Shown one piece after another: positions 1 to 9,217 of a stretch of DNA of 64,000 nucleotides. Position 1 is the stretch's first letter. Each line of letters starts with the position of its first letter. The notes below the pieces were generated by a model that was not told the DNA's origin, made no database searches, and saw only the letters and a program-made list of their open reading frames with translations. The position numbers were made by a program, and so were the translations under genes. Source of the DNA: Nostoc sp. (GTDB taxonomy: Bacteria > Cyanobacteriota > Cyanobacteriia > Cyanobacteriales > Nostocaceae); NCBI GenBank assembly GCA_036918135.1, contig JBALDB010000036.1, positions 31,773 through 95,772 on the forward strand, given 5' to 3'.

Positions 1-1113
1 GGTCACCAATCCTGACAGCAGCAGTTCTATTTGCTCCTCTCCATCATCACAAGCTACCTGAATTCCTTGTAAAATTTGCTGATACAGTCCCAGCAAACCT
101 CCAGCACGCTGCTCATCTATCAGCAGGCGATCGCGGATTGTCTTCAAATGCTCTGGCTCGTCCTTTGCTTCCCATTTCTCAATAATATGGGTTTGCACTA
201 GTTTTTCTAAAATTAACAAAGGAATTTGATAATAAAAATTTATTAAATGTTGATTAATAATCGGTAAATGGTTATCCAATTTATAACGCTCATCAACTTC
301 TAAACTTCTCTGTTCTTCAACATTTTTGCTTCCACAGGTTCTTTCTTGCACGACTATCTGACAGAGCTTTTGAGTGAGAAACGGCTGACCATTTGTCCAA
401 GCCAAAATTTCTTTGATAACCGCCATCGGATTAGCTACTCTAGTTTCTAACCCTGCTGCTAATGGCTGAACTTCCGATAAATTAAAGCCATGTAGTTCAA
501 TAGATTTACCAATGTTAAATGGGGTACAGTTGCGATCTACAATCAAATTTGAAGGTGTTGCTACTCCGAATAGTGCCCAAGTTAGGCGGTTATATTCTGG
601 ATTTTCGGCTCGCTGATTGTAGCACGAGCGAATTAAAGTAAAAAAATCGACAACAGGGAAATTCAACCCTAAAACACTATCAATCTCATCAATAAAAATA
701 AATATTTTTTCAGTTTTTAATTCAACTAATAAAATATCTTCAACAAACTGGCTCAATCGTTGTAATGCAGGTAAATCTTCACGCTCCGACCACCAGGCTT
801 TGATATTAACTTTGTTAAAAAGATTAAAGCTCCTTAATAAGTCAATCACTATGCCTTTATACCACTGAGTAGGAGTAATATTGCCATTACCAATCCGAGT
901 CATATCGATAGAAGCACAACTGAAGCCTGCTTTTTCTAATTGATATCTTGTTTGTAACCGCAAGCTAGATTTACCCATTTGGCGGGAACTAAATACATAA
1001 CAAAATTCCCCTTGAATTAAAGCATTATAAAGTTCAAAATCAGCCTGTCGTTTTACATAGCTAGGAGCATCGATTTTGAGACTGCCACCAATTTGATATT
1101 CGTACTTATTCAT
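1..1113 (-). CDS. AAA-like (AAA_35/STAND-type) domain protein, N-terminal part; runs off the window edge
   Basis: Not in the ORF track because it is truncated. Manual translation from ATG 1113 gives MNKYEYQIGGSLKIDAPSYVKRQAD...SSRQMGKSSL (Walker A-like), with a later Walker B-like IFIDEID. Starts 5 nt after the stop of the 1119..2540 gene. Confidence 0.85.
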   Translation of the reverse strand, partial: MNKYEYQIGGSLKIDAPSYVKRQADFELYNALIQGEFCYVFSSRQMGKSSLRLQTRYQLEKAGFSCASIDMTRIGNGNITPTQWYKGIVIDLLRSFNLFNKVNIKAWWSEREDLPALQRLSQFVEDILLVELKTEKIFIFIDEIDSVLGLNFPVVDFFTLIRSCYNQRAENPEYNRLTWALFGVATPSNLIVDRNCTPFNIGKSIELHGFNLSEVQPLAAGLETRVANPMAVIKEILAWTNGQPFLTQKLCQIVVQERTCGSKNVEEQRSLEVDERYKLDNHLPIINQHLINFYYQIPLLILEKLVQTHIIEKWEAKDEPEHLKTIRDRLLIDEQRAGGLLGLYQQILQGIQVACDDGEEQIELLLSGLVT

Positions 1114-1118
1114 AGCGT

Positions 1119-2540
1119 TTAAGCTAATTGCTCTCGGAAATACAGCTGATATAATTCACAGCTAGATATTGCCTGATTTCCTTCAAGTTTTATCAGACCC
1201 ATACTTTCTAATTTATAGGCAGCGATCGCTTCCAATTGCACACTTGTTGGAGAGGTAACTACCCGTTTTAGTGCTGTTGCGAGTTCGGGATGTTCTTGGA
1301 GATTGGCTAGATGATAGCGTAAATAGTTGCTATAGATGCCGGCAATTGTGGGAGCCTCTTTTAGTAGCTGCTCTAAAGTTACTGTTTGATTTCCCAGGTT
1401 ATAAAGAGCCAGACGAGCTAGATAGGGATGACCACCAATCATTGCTCGTAGCAAAGCCAACTTTTCTAATCCTTTCTCACCTTTGGCCCAATCGAGTCCA
1501 TGACGCACTGCCAATTCTTGCATCTGCTCTAAACTAAATTCTGGTAACTTAATCGGTAATCCCACATTGAAAGGGGATTGATTAATATCTAGCGGGATAT
1601 AAGCTTCAGTCGCATGAACTACTACTAATCGCAGTTTTTGCCAGATTTCTAATTCGGAAGCATCTTCATACCAAGAGCGCAGTAGCGGGAGAAAATCTCT
1701 AGAGATTTCTGGATACTCGAAAATTCGATTCACTTCATCCAAAGCTAAAACTACCGGAGCGTCGATTTTCTCTAGCAAATACTCCTGTAAATACAGTGTG
1801 CAGCTAACTTTGCTACCAATATCCTCATCCCAATAATCATCTAGTCTGATTTCTAAGTGCAACTGCCGACTGATGTTAGCGCAAAACCAGCGTAAGAATT
1901 TTTCCAAGCTAGTGAAAACTTGACTATCTGCCCTCTGTAAACCGATTTGTACGGTGTGTACCCCAGTCTGTTTGGCATGAGTAAGAATTCTGTGCATTAG
2001 GGAGGTTTTTCCCATTTTGCTGGGGGCTTTGATTCTGATTAAGCTTCCAGGTTTATTAATTTCTGTATATGTGCGTTCTTCAATTGGCGGACGCTCTATG
2101 TAAAAGAAGGAATTGAGCGGTACAGAGCCACCAGGGATTTCTAATAAGTCGGAATTAAAGACTGGGATTTGTTTCTCTTCTTGTTTTTCGACGATCAAAG
2201 AAGACCCCGATTTGCCATCTTTAACTTTGCTTATTTGCTGAGACTGTCTTAAAACTACTGGCACAGGTTGTAGTTTTTCTGACAAAACGTTAGTTTGCGA
2301 GCGCCGTCTCAATACTGAGCGAAAATTACTTTTTGTCACCTCCTCCCCGAAAGCCTGTGAAAGTAACTTCCATAATTTAGAACCAACATCTTTTATATAA
2401 TTGGCATCATAACCACAATTTTCGGCGATATCTGAATAAGTTTGTCCTTCCCAAGCTTTACAAAATACTATTTCCTGAACATCACTTAAGCTATGTTCAA
2501 GAAATGTATCTAAAATTGCTAGCGCTTCTTCTATATTCAT
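1119..2540 (-). CDS. N-terminal HTH plus AAA-like domain protein
   Basis: N-terminal GQTYSDIAENCGYDANYIKDVGSKLW (HTH-like); YIERPPIE, APSKMGKTS (Walker A) and LALDEV (Walker B). Confidence 0.85.
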   Translation of the reverse strand: MNIEEALAILDTFLEHSLSDVQEIVFCKAWEGQTYSDIAENCGYDANYIKDVGSKLWKLLSQAFGEEVTKSNFRSVLRRRSQTNVLSEKLQPVPVVLRQSQQISKVKDGKSGSSLIVEKQEEKQIPVFNSDLLEIPGGSVPLNSFFYIERPPIEERTYTEINKPGSLIRIKAPSKMGKTSLMHRILTHAKQTGVHTVQIGLQRADSQVFTSLEKFLRWFCANISRQLHLEIRLDDYWDEDIGSKVSCTLYLQEYLLEKIDAPVVLALDEVNRIFEYPEISRDFLPLLRSWYEDASELEIWQKLRLVVVHATEAYIPLDINQSPFNVGLPIKLPEFSLEQMQELAVRHGLDWAKGEKGLEKLALLRAMIGGHPYLARLALYNLGNQTVTLEQLLKEAPTIAGIYSNYLRYHLANLQEHPELATALKRVVTSPTSVQLEAIAAYKLESMGLIKLEGNQAISSCELYQLYFREQLA

Positions 2541-2913
2541 TTGTAAAAAATAAAGTTTGTTTTAAATAAGACTTTAGCGGAATTTTTCATACTTTTTTCA
2601 TTATTTACTTAAATTTAAACAGTTAGCTTCATTTCTATCTGCCATTCTCAGGTATATGAATAGGGGGTAGGTATAGCGACTCCTGCTTGAAAGCAAGAGT
2701 TTTAAGCAAGGACGCAGTGTTTCAACCTCTGCAACAGCTTAACTGCTTGCTATTAGCAGCAATTACTGTTTTCGTAGTTGGCCAACCCGGAAATCCTGTT
2801 GCGATCGCACCTCATACAAATTGAGGCTAGACTAGATTGTATTTACAGCTTATTTCTCGTTCTCAAGTTGGAGTATAGAAACGCCAGTAACGAATGTAAG
2901 CAGGAGATGATTT

Positions 2914-3726
2914 ATGCCGAGATGGAATGCAGAGAAAAAACAAGCGTATAGAACCGAGGTAATTCAACGCATTACCGCAGCAATGCCCTCAGTAATGCAG
3001 GAATATACCTCAATTAATTGGACTGAGGAACTCAAACGCTACCGTACCGACCATGAATATTACCCTGACTACATCCACGCTCCTATTCATGGGATGAGCG
3101 ATTCCTATACCAACCCTCAATCCTGCTTAAGTTGGGATGCTGCTATGGATGCCATTATTCCCCTCAGCCACAATGTTAGTTGCCAGCAATTGCGCGAAAA
3201 AATGGCTGAACTAATACCTCAAGACGCTCAAATTGAGACGGTACTAGAGCTTGGTGCAGGTACGGGTGGCGGAGCGCTGGCCTTAGCACAGCGATTTCCT
3301 CAAGCGACTTTTCACATTACTGATGTTTCGCCTTACATGCTGGTAATCGCTCAGCACAAGTTTAAAAAGCTTGGATTTGGTGAGCGGGCTTCCTTCGAGC
3401 AGGTGGACGCTCGTTATACTGGCTATCCTGACAACTCTTTTTCTCTTGTCACGTCATCACTACTCTTCCACGAGACGCCTAAAGAGTGGACGCCCAAGAT
3501 TCTTAAGGAGATGTACCGGATTACCAAGCCCGGAGGTTGGATACTATACGCTGACACATATCGTGGCGAATACGCTCTGAGCGCTTCTTTTCAGGAACCG
3601 TGGTTGGATGACTTTATCCATTTCAACTTCGAGTATGAGTTTGCGAAAGCAGGTTTTACAGAACTCAAATATATTCCCTATGCCGTGGGTTTGTGGTATA
3701 TGGTTGGTCGTAAGCTAGAAACATAA
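2914..3726 (+). CDS. class I SAM-dependent methyltransferase
   Basis: VLELGAGTG motif I, DVSPYML, SLLFHE and KPGG motifs; AGGAG RBS upstream. Confidence 0.85.
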   Translation: MPRWNAEKKQAYRTEVIQRITAAMPSVMQEYTSINWTEELKRYRTDHEYYPDYIHAPIHGMSDSYTNPQSCLSWDAAMDAIIPLSHNVSCQQLREKMAELIPQDAQIETVLELGAGTGGGALALAQRFPQATFHITDVSPYMLVIAQHKFKKLGFGERASFEQVDARYTGYPDNSFSLVTSSLLFHETPKEWTPKILKEMYRITKPGGWILYADTYRGEYALSASFQEPWLDDFIHFNFEYEFAKAGFTELKYIPYAVGLWYMVGRKLET

Positions 3727-3749
3727 AGACAAAACAATGACAACAGAAT

Positions 3750-3866
3750 TTAGGGACTTCTATTGACAAAAATATTCCATCGTAGGGGTATAAGGTCTTG
3801 CGCGCCTACATATATACAAATAATTTACAAATAATTTGAAATAATTTATTTTTGGGAAATTTCTTA
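3750..3866. mobile_element. degenerate MITE-like element with an internal REP-like hairpin
   Basis: Imperfect inverted ends TTAGGGACTTC... / ...GGAAATTTCTTAA around GTAGGGGTATAAGGTCTTGCGCGCCTAC. Confidence 0.35.
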
Positions 3867-4485
3867 ACAACGATTTTGTTCAGCGTACGAGACTTAAAGC
3901 TCTCAGACTTTTGAACTAATAAATCAGTGAATATACCTTTATTATTTAAGAGAAAAAATTTAATTTGTTCTAGATAATTCAATCTTGTTTTTCAATCTTA
4001 TTAATAATTCAGACGCATTCGCCTTGGGTATAGAACAAACCTTTGGACTACACCCAAGAGCAAAGTGAAAACAGCCACAAACCGAGTTATTCAGCCTGAA
4101 TTCAAGTCTTCTTTTTTTCAAAAATAAACCGGCAGAAGTAGTTAAAATCGTACTTTTGGTAGCACTAACCTGTGTCATTTTGTGCTATACCTAAAGCGAT
4201 AGGAGAGTAATTGTAATAAATTTAATTTCTTATTCTGGTAATTAACATATTTATTATTTGTTATTAAAAACTCACCCTAAAGACTGAATACTTTTACCTC
4301 CTGTTCGCACCTACACTAAATAATCAAGGTGTGAAATTAACCAACGGTTATTATTTTCAAACCAATCAAAACAAATCAGTTGTCTATAAGTTATTGATGA
4401 ATTGAATTTAGAGACACTCGAAAGAAGCAATCCTTTCGGGTTCTTTAAATAACACACAGTATATGGCTTAGAGCAGGTACTTATC

Positions 4486-4746
4486 ATGACGCGATCGCAA
4501 ACACCACCAAACGGACACAATAGCACCTTAAGCAACGAATCCTTTACAGATTCAGTGTTGAAAGCGTTTCTACCAGCATCGGGTTCTCAGTTTGCCTTAC
4601 TGCCACCTGATAATGCCACGGGTAACTTTACCAAAATTGTACGGCGGATTCCTGTCAAAGTTGTATTTGAACCTGAAAGCATTCAAGGTTATAAGTCACG
4701 CATTACTCCTGGCATGTCAGCCATAGTCACCGTAAATGTCAAATAA
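4486..4746 (+). pseudogene. emrA: EmrA/HlyD-type membrane fusion protein remnant (large internal deletion)
   Basis: Only 86 aa: a short N-terminus joined to the EmrA C-terminal signature PASGSQFALLPPDNATGNFTKIVRRIPVKV...PGMS. Overlaps the start of emrB. Confidence 0.8.
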
Positions 4747-6373
4747 GTCTAGTAAAAATACAAACAACGCTGTGAGTAAAAACTCTAAAAAACAATGGCA
4801 AACACAACCTCCTTCCGGCCCAGGTTTTGCCGACGATCGCGTCCCTTTTAAGACTTGGGTTGGTCTTTTTGGAGCAATGCTAGGCGCGTTCATGGCAGTA
4901 CTAGATATCCAGATTGTCAGCTCCTCTCTCGAAGAAATTGGAGGCGCTCTAGGTGCGACGCTCGAAGAGGGTTCCTGGATTTCGACGGCTTATCTAGTGG
5001 CGGAAATAGTGGTGATTCCGTTGACGGGTTGGCTATCGCAAGTGTTTTCCGTGCGATGGTATTTGCTAGGGAACGCTGTTTTGTTTATTTTCTTTTCCGT
5101 CTGCTGTGCCTTTGCCTGGAGCCTGCCTTCGATGATTGTGTTTCGAGCCGGACAAGGACTAACCGGAGGCGTACTCATCCCGATGGCGTTCACCATTGTG
5201 CTGACAACCTTACCTCCTGCGAAACAGACAATCGGTCTGGCGCTATTTTCGATTACAGCCACCTTTGCCCCATCAATTGGGCCGACAATTGGAGGCTGGC
5301 TAACCGATAACTTTGCTTGGCAGTATAACTTTTATCTAAATATTATTCCAGGGATATTGTTGGTAGGAATGGTCTGGTATGCCATCGAGCCTCAACCTCT
5401 GCAATTGAATCGGCTCAAAGGAGGCGACTGGTTGGGCGTTGTCTCAATGGCGCTTGGTTTAGGGTCGTTGGAAGTGGTATTAGAAGAAGGAAACCGCAAA
5501 GACTGGTTTGGTTCGCCGTTGATTGTTCGTTTGGCGATCGTTGCTGCTGTTTTCATCACCCTTTTCCTCTGGCTTGAACTTACTGGCAAAAGACCGTTTA
5601 TCAATTTGCGCTTATTAGTTCGCCGTAATTTTGGTATTGGCAGTGTGGCAGGTTTGGCATTGGGATTAGGATTGTATGGCTCTGTCTACATCCTGCCTCT
5701 GTATCTTGCTCAAATCCAGAACTATTCAGCCATGCAAATTGGTGAAGTGATAATGTGGTCTGGCATCCCGCAACTTTTTCTCATCCCATTTGTACCCAAA
5801 CTGATGAAGTACTTCGATGTGCGGTTTATGGCTGCGGTTGGATTCAGTTTATTTGCTGTCAGTTGTTTTATGAACTCCCACATGACGCAGTATACCGGCA
5901 TCAACGAGTTGCGCTGGTCGCAGTTAGTTCGCGCACTTGGACAACCGCTGATGATTCTGCCGCTGACCTCGATCGCGACCGCCAACATTGAAAGAGAGCA
6001 GGCAGGTTCTGCCTCTGGGTTGTTTAATATGATGCGAAACCTCGGCGGTTCGATGGGAATTGCAGCCCTGTCCACACTCCTGACCCGACGAGAACAATTT
6101 CACTCCAATCGCATTGGCGATGCCGTTTCACTTTATAAACCAGAAACTCAGCAGCAGATTGACCAACTGACTCAATTTTTTATTAGTCGCGGCTCAGAAG
6201 CAAGTGTTGCTTACAATCAAGCAGTTCAGCAAATCGCTAATATTGTGCGACGTGAAGCTTACATTATGGCATACAACGATTGTTTTTACCTGATTGGCTT
6301 TGCACTGTTGCTCACCGGGCTAGCTCTGTTATTCTGTAAAAAAGTTAAGGCGACCAATGCAGCAGCCCATTAG
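4736..6373 (+). CDS. emrB: DHA2 (EmrB/QacA) MFS efflux transporter
   Basis: GAFMAVLDIQIV, SWISTAYLVAE and GPTIGGWLT motifs, with many hydrophobic segments. Confidence 0.9.
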   Translation: MSNKSSKNTNNAVSKNSKKQWQTQPPSGPGFADDRVPFKTWVGLFGAMLGAFMAVLDIQIVSSSLEEIGGALGATLEEGSWISTAYLVAEIVVIPLTGWLSQVFSVRWYLLGNAVLFIFFSVCCAFAWSLPSMIVFRAGQGLTGGVLIPMAFTIVLTTLPPAKQTIGLALFSITATFAPSIGPTIGGWLTDNFAWQYNFYLNIIPGILLVGMVWYAIEPQPLQLNRLKGGDWLGVVSMALGLGSLEVVLEEGNRKDWFGSPLIVRLAIVAAVFITLFLWLELTGKRPFINLRLLVRRNFGIGSVAGLALGLGLYGSVYILPLYLAQIQNYSAMQIGEVIMWSGIPQLFLIPFVPKLMKYFDVRFMAAVGFSLFAVSCFMNSHMTQYTGINELRWSQLVRALGQPLMILPLTSIATANIEREQAGSASGLFNMMRNLGGSMGIAALSTLLTRREQFHSNRIGDAVSLYKPETQQQIDQLTQFFISRGSEASVAYNQAVQQIANIVRREAYIMAYNDCFYLIGFALLLTGLALLFCKKVKATNAAAH

Positions 6374-6601
6374 AATTTTTGCAGGATAAGAGCCGGAGTA
6401 GGATTAGATAAGTGCCTAATACTGCCACTATGCAGTTGCAATAGCGCAAGCAACAACTGACACTCTACAACAAAGGAATATTGTTGAGATGTAGAAGTAC
6501 TCTCGTGAAGATAGCTTATTATGCATAAATCCTGAATCACAACTATCTTTAAGCTGTTGACAGGCATCTATAATGCTAATCATAAAGGCTTAATAATATA
6601 A

Positions 6602-6633
6602 CACTGCCCTAGACGAAAGCTAGAGCAGTGTTT
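6602..6633. terminator. stem-loop, probable terminator
   Basis: ACACTGCCCTAG-ACGAAAG-CTAGAGCAGTGT followed by T residues. Confidence 0.45.
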
Positions 6634-6779
6634 GATAGAAGTAAATTATATGAGAGACTTTTATTGTTGTCTCCCGTTTATGCATAATTAATATTGTTAT
6701 ACAATACTATTCACTTCAAGTTTTGAACTTTACGCAAAAAACGAATAATTTTTAAATTAGCATTATAAAACTTAGAGGT

Positions 6780-6814
6780 AAGTATAAAAAAGACTTAAAG
6801 TCTTTTTTATACTT
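6780..6814. repeat. perfect 35-bp palindrome
   Basis: AAGTATAAAAAAGACTT-A-AAGTCTTTTTTATACTT, with 17-bp arms. Confidence 0.8.
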
Positions 6815-7235
6815 GTTCTATTTTAGTATACTGAAAACTTCTACCTTAGCGTTTGCAATGACAAGTGTTTAATCGGATATGATATAAAATGGGTATATGT
6901 AATATCTCGAATGAACTCTAGATAAAGTTTATGAAAGAGGGAAAGCTATAACTTTCCCTGAGTTACTAAGTTCCTACTAAACTCCCAAATTTAGTAGTAA
7001 TAGCTTTTAGCTTTTTTAGTTACTTCTTTATATTATTAAAAGTCATTTATTTAAAAAACATCAGACTAAAGTCACCAATTTTTACATGACTTAAGTCATG
7101 GTTTAAGCATACACAAAATACACAAATATTGTTAAATTAGTAATAATCTTCCCAAAAAGCTAATTCAAAAAAATGATTGCTAATGGAGGAAGGAGGGACT
7201 AAAATTTTATTCCTGCTGTCTTAACTCAGTTTTCT

Positions 7236-8033
7236 ATGTGCAGATTAATTGGCTATCTTGGTAACAGCATCCAATTAGATGAGTTGTTATATAAACAAGA
7301 ACATTCTCTTTGCGTTCAAAGTTATAATCCTTTAGAATTAAAGTCAGGATTTGTCTGTGCAGACGGGCTTGGTGTAGGTTGGTACGATCGAGCAGGTAAA
7401 CCATTTATTTATCGCAATACCGTCCCATTTTGGAACGATCCGAATTTGAAAGAGCTAAGTCAATATGTACAATCAGATTGTACAGTAGGTTATACTCGAC
7501 TAGCTGGAATCGGTGAAGTGCTTGATATCAGCAATTGTCAACCATTTCGTAATGGAAAGCTCTTGTTTGTCCATAATGGTGGTATATCTAACTTTCAACA
7601 AACACTTCTTCGACCGATACGCGATCGCCTTGGTGATTCTACATATCATTTAATTAAAGGTCTAACAGACTCGGAACACATTTTCGCTCTGTTTGTAGAA
7701 ATGTGGCAGTCTTCTTTTGATAGCACTCTGTTGTCAGCCCTTTCGAGTACACTACAAACATTGACTGACTTGGCTCAAAAATACGACACCAGTTTTAGTA
7801 CCAATATAATTATCAGCGATGGTCAAGCACTTGCAGCAGTTCGCTACGCTTATGGTACAGAAGCGCCTACTCTTTATTGGTCTTATGATGATGTAACTCA
7901 CCCAAAGCGAGTGATTGTTGCGTCTGAACCTTTATCTAACCAAAATTGGACAGCCTTTCCTGAGCAAAGTAGTCTATTTGTGCAATCGAAGTCATTGATA
8001 CCAACAATTAGTCTTTTGGAGAGATCCGCTTAA
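7236..8033 (+). CDS. class II glutamine amidotransferase / EgtC-like Ntn-hydrolase
   Basis: MCRLIGY (N-terminal nucleophile Cys), ADGLGVGWY, NCQPF, HNG, TDSEHIF and VASEPL motifs. Confidence 0.8.
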   Translation: MCRLIGYLGNSIQLDELLYKQEHSLCVQSYNPLELKSGFVCADGLGVGWYDRAGKPFIYRNTVPFWNDPNLKELSQYVQSDCTVGYTRLAGIGEVLDISNCQPFRNGKLLFVHNGGISNFQQTLLRPIRDRLGDSTYHLIKGLTDSEHIFALFVEMWQSSFDSTLLSALSSTLQTLTDLAQKYDTSFSTNIIISDGQALAAVRYAYGTEAPTLYWSYDDVTHPKRVIVASEPLSNQNWTAFPEQSSLFVQSKSLIPTISLLERSA

Positions 8034-8326
8034 TTTTCTAGGAGTAGGTTGCTTTCATAATTACCAGAACGCAGCAGGATGAATTAGCCGTAACTTTTGT
8101 TTGATTTGATTTAAGGAGTCGAGCGCTTCAAGAGTTTATGCTTAGATAAGTTTTTTTCATTATCATCTTTCTAAAGATTTACTATGCTTGATTGCCGTTT
8201 TATCTGTAGATAGAAGAGATTCATGCTTGAGAAGGGTAAGATTTGATTGCGTAGCTAAAGGGCTGGTTTAGATTTAATCCAACCCAATTGCAACTATCTT
8301 TTGAATCAATTTAGGAAGCAGGAATT

Positions 8327-9184
8327 ATGCGTTGGCAATTGGGTCGTAGGAGTACAAATGTTGAAGATCAGCGTGGGACGAAAGTTTCTGCTCCTGTCGT
8401 CGGTGGAGGTATTGGAGCAGTACTTATATCGGTAGTCGTTTTGCTTTTGGGTGGCGATCCCAGTGTGATTTGGCAACAAGATCGGACATCGAATGATAGT
8501 CCTGTGGCTGAGTCACCGCAATCAAGAGGCCCTAATGCTCAAGACCAGATGGCAGATTTTGTATCTGTAGTGCTGGCTGATACAGAAGATACATGGAGCG
8601 AACTATTTCGGCAAAACGGACAAACTTACGTAGAACCTAAATTAGTTCTTTACTCTGGTGCAGTGCAATCTGCTTGTGGATTTACGCGTTCAGTAGTTGG
8701 GCCATTTTATTGTCCGCGCGATCGCAAAGTATATATCGATTTAAGTTTTTATCGTGATTTGAAAACTCGATACCAAGCACCGGGAGATTTTGCTCAAGCA
8801 TACGTGATTGCTCATGAAGTTGGGCATCACGTCCAGAATCTACTAGGAATTTCAGAGAAAGTTGGATTATTGCAGAACAAAGCAAGTCAGACCCAAGCAA
8901 ATCAGCTTTCTGTACGATTAGAATTACAAGCAGACTGTTTTGCAGGGGTTTGGGCACATCATGCACAGCGCTCGCGGCAAATTCTGGAGAGAGGCGATAT
9001 TGAAGAAGCATTGAACGCTGCTAGCAGTATAGGAGACGACCGCTTACAAGAACAAGCTAGAGGGTATGCGGTTCCAGAATCTTTTACACATGGTAGTTCA
9101 AGCCAAAGAGTTCGCTGGTTTAAGCAAGGCATTCAGACTGGTAATGTTCAACAATGTAATACCTTTGGTAAGACAAATATTTAA
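8327..9184 (+). CDS. YpfJ-like neutral zinc metallopeptidase
   Basis: GPFYCP, AYVIAHEVGHHVQ (HExxH), ELQADC and FTHGSS motifs. Confidence 0.9.
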   Translation: MRWQLGRRSTNVEDQRGTKVSAPVVGGGIGAVLISVVVLLLGGDPSVIWQQDRTSNDSPVAESPQSRGPNAQDQMADFVSVVLADTEDTWSELFRQNGQTYVEPKLVLYSGAVQSACGFTRSVVGPFYCPRDRKVYIDLSFYRDLKTRYQAPGDFAQAYVIAHEVGHHVQNLLGISEKVGLLQNKASQTQANQLSVRLELQADCFAGVWAHHAQRSRQILERGDIEEALNAASSIGDDRLQEQARGYAVPESFTHGSSSQRVRWFKQGIQTGNVQQCNTFGKTNI

Positions 9185-9217
9185 AAGAGAATGCAAAGAA
9201 GGACTTTTACAAGAAGT

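Noticed and set aside
2660..2830. Riboswitch upstream of the methyltransferase
   Set aside because: Short hairpins are present but I could not match SAM, cobalamin or other known aptamer consensus sequences.
2914..3726. EgtD, completing an ergothioneine cluster with the egtC-like gene
   Set aside because: It lacks EgtD-type motifs (PKYFYD, EYYPTR) and looks like a generic class I methyltransferase; no egtB is present.
3960..4535. Short minus-strand ORFs (72 and 74 aa)
   Set aside because: AT-rich intergenic DNA with no recognisable features.
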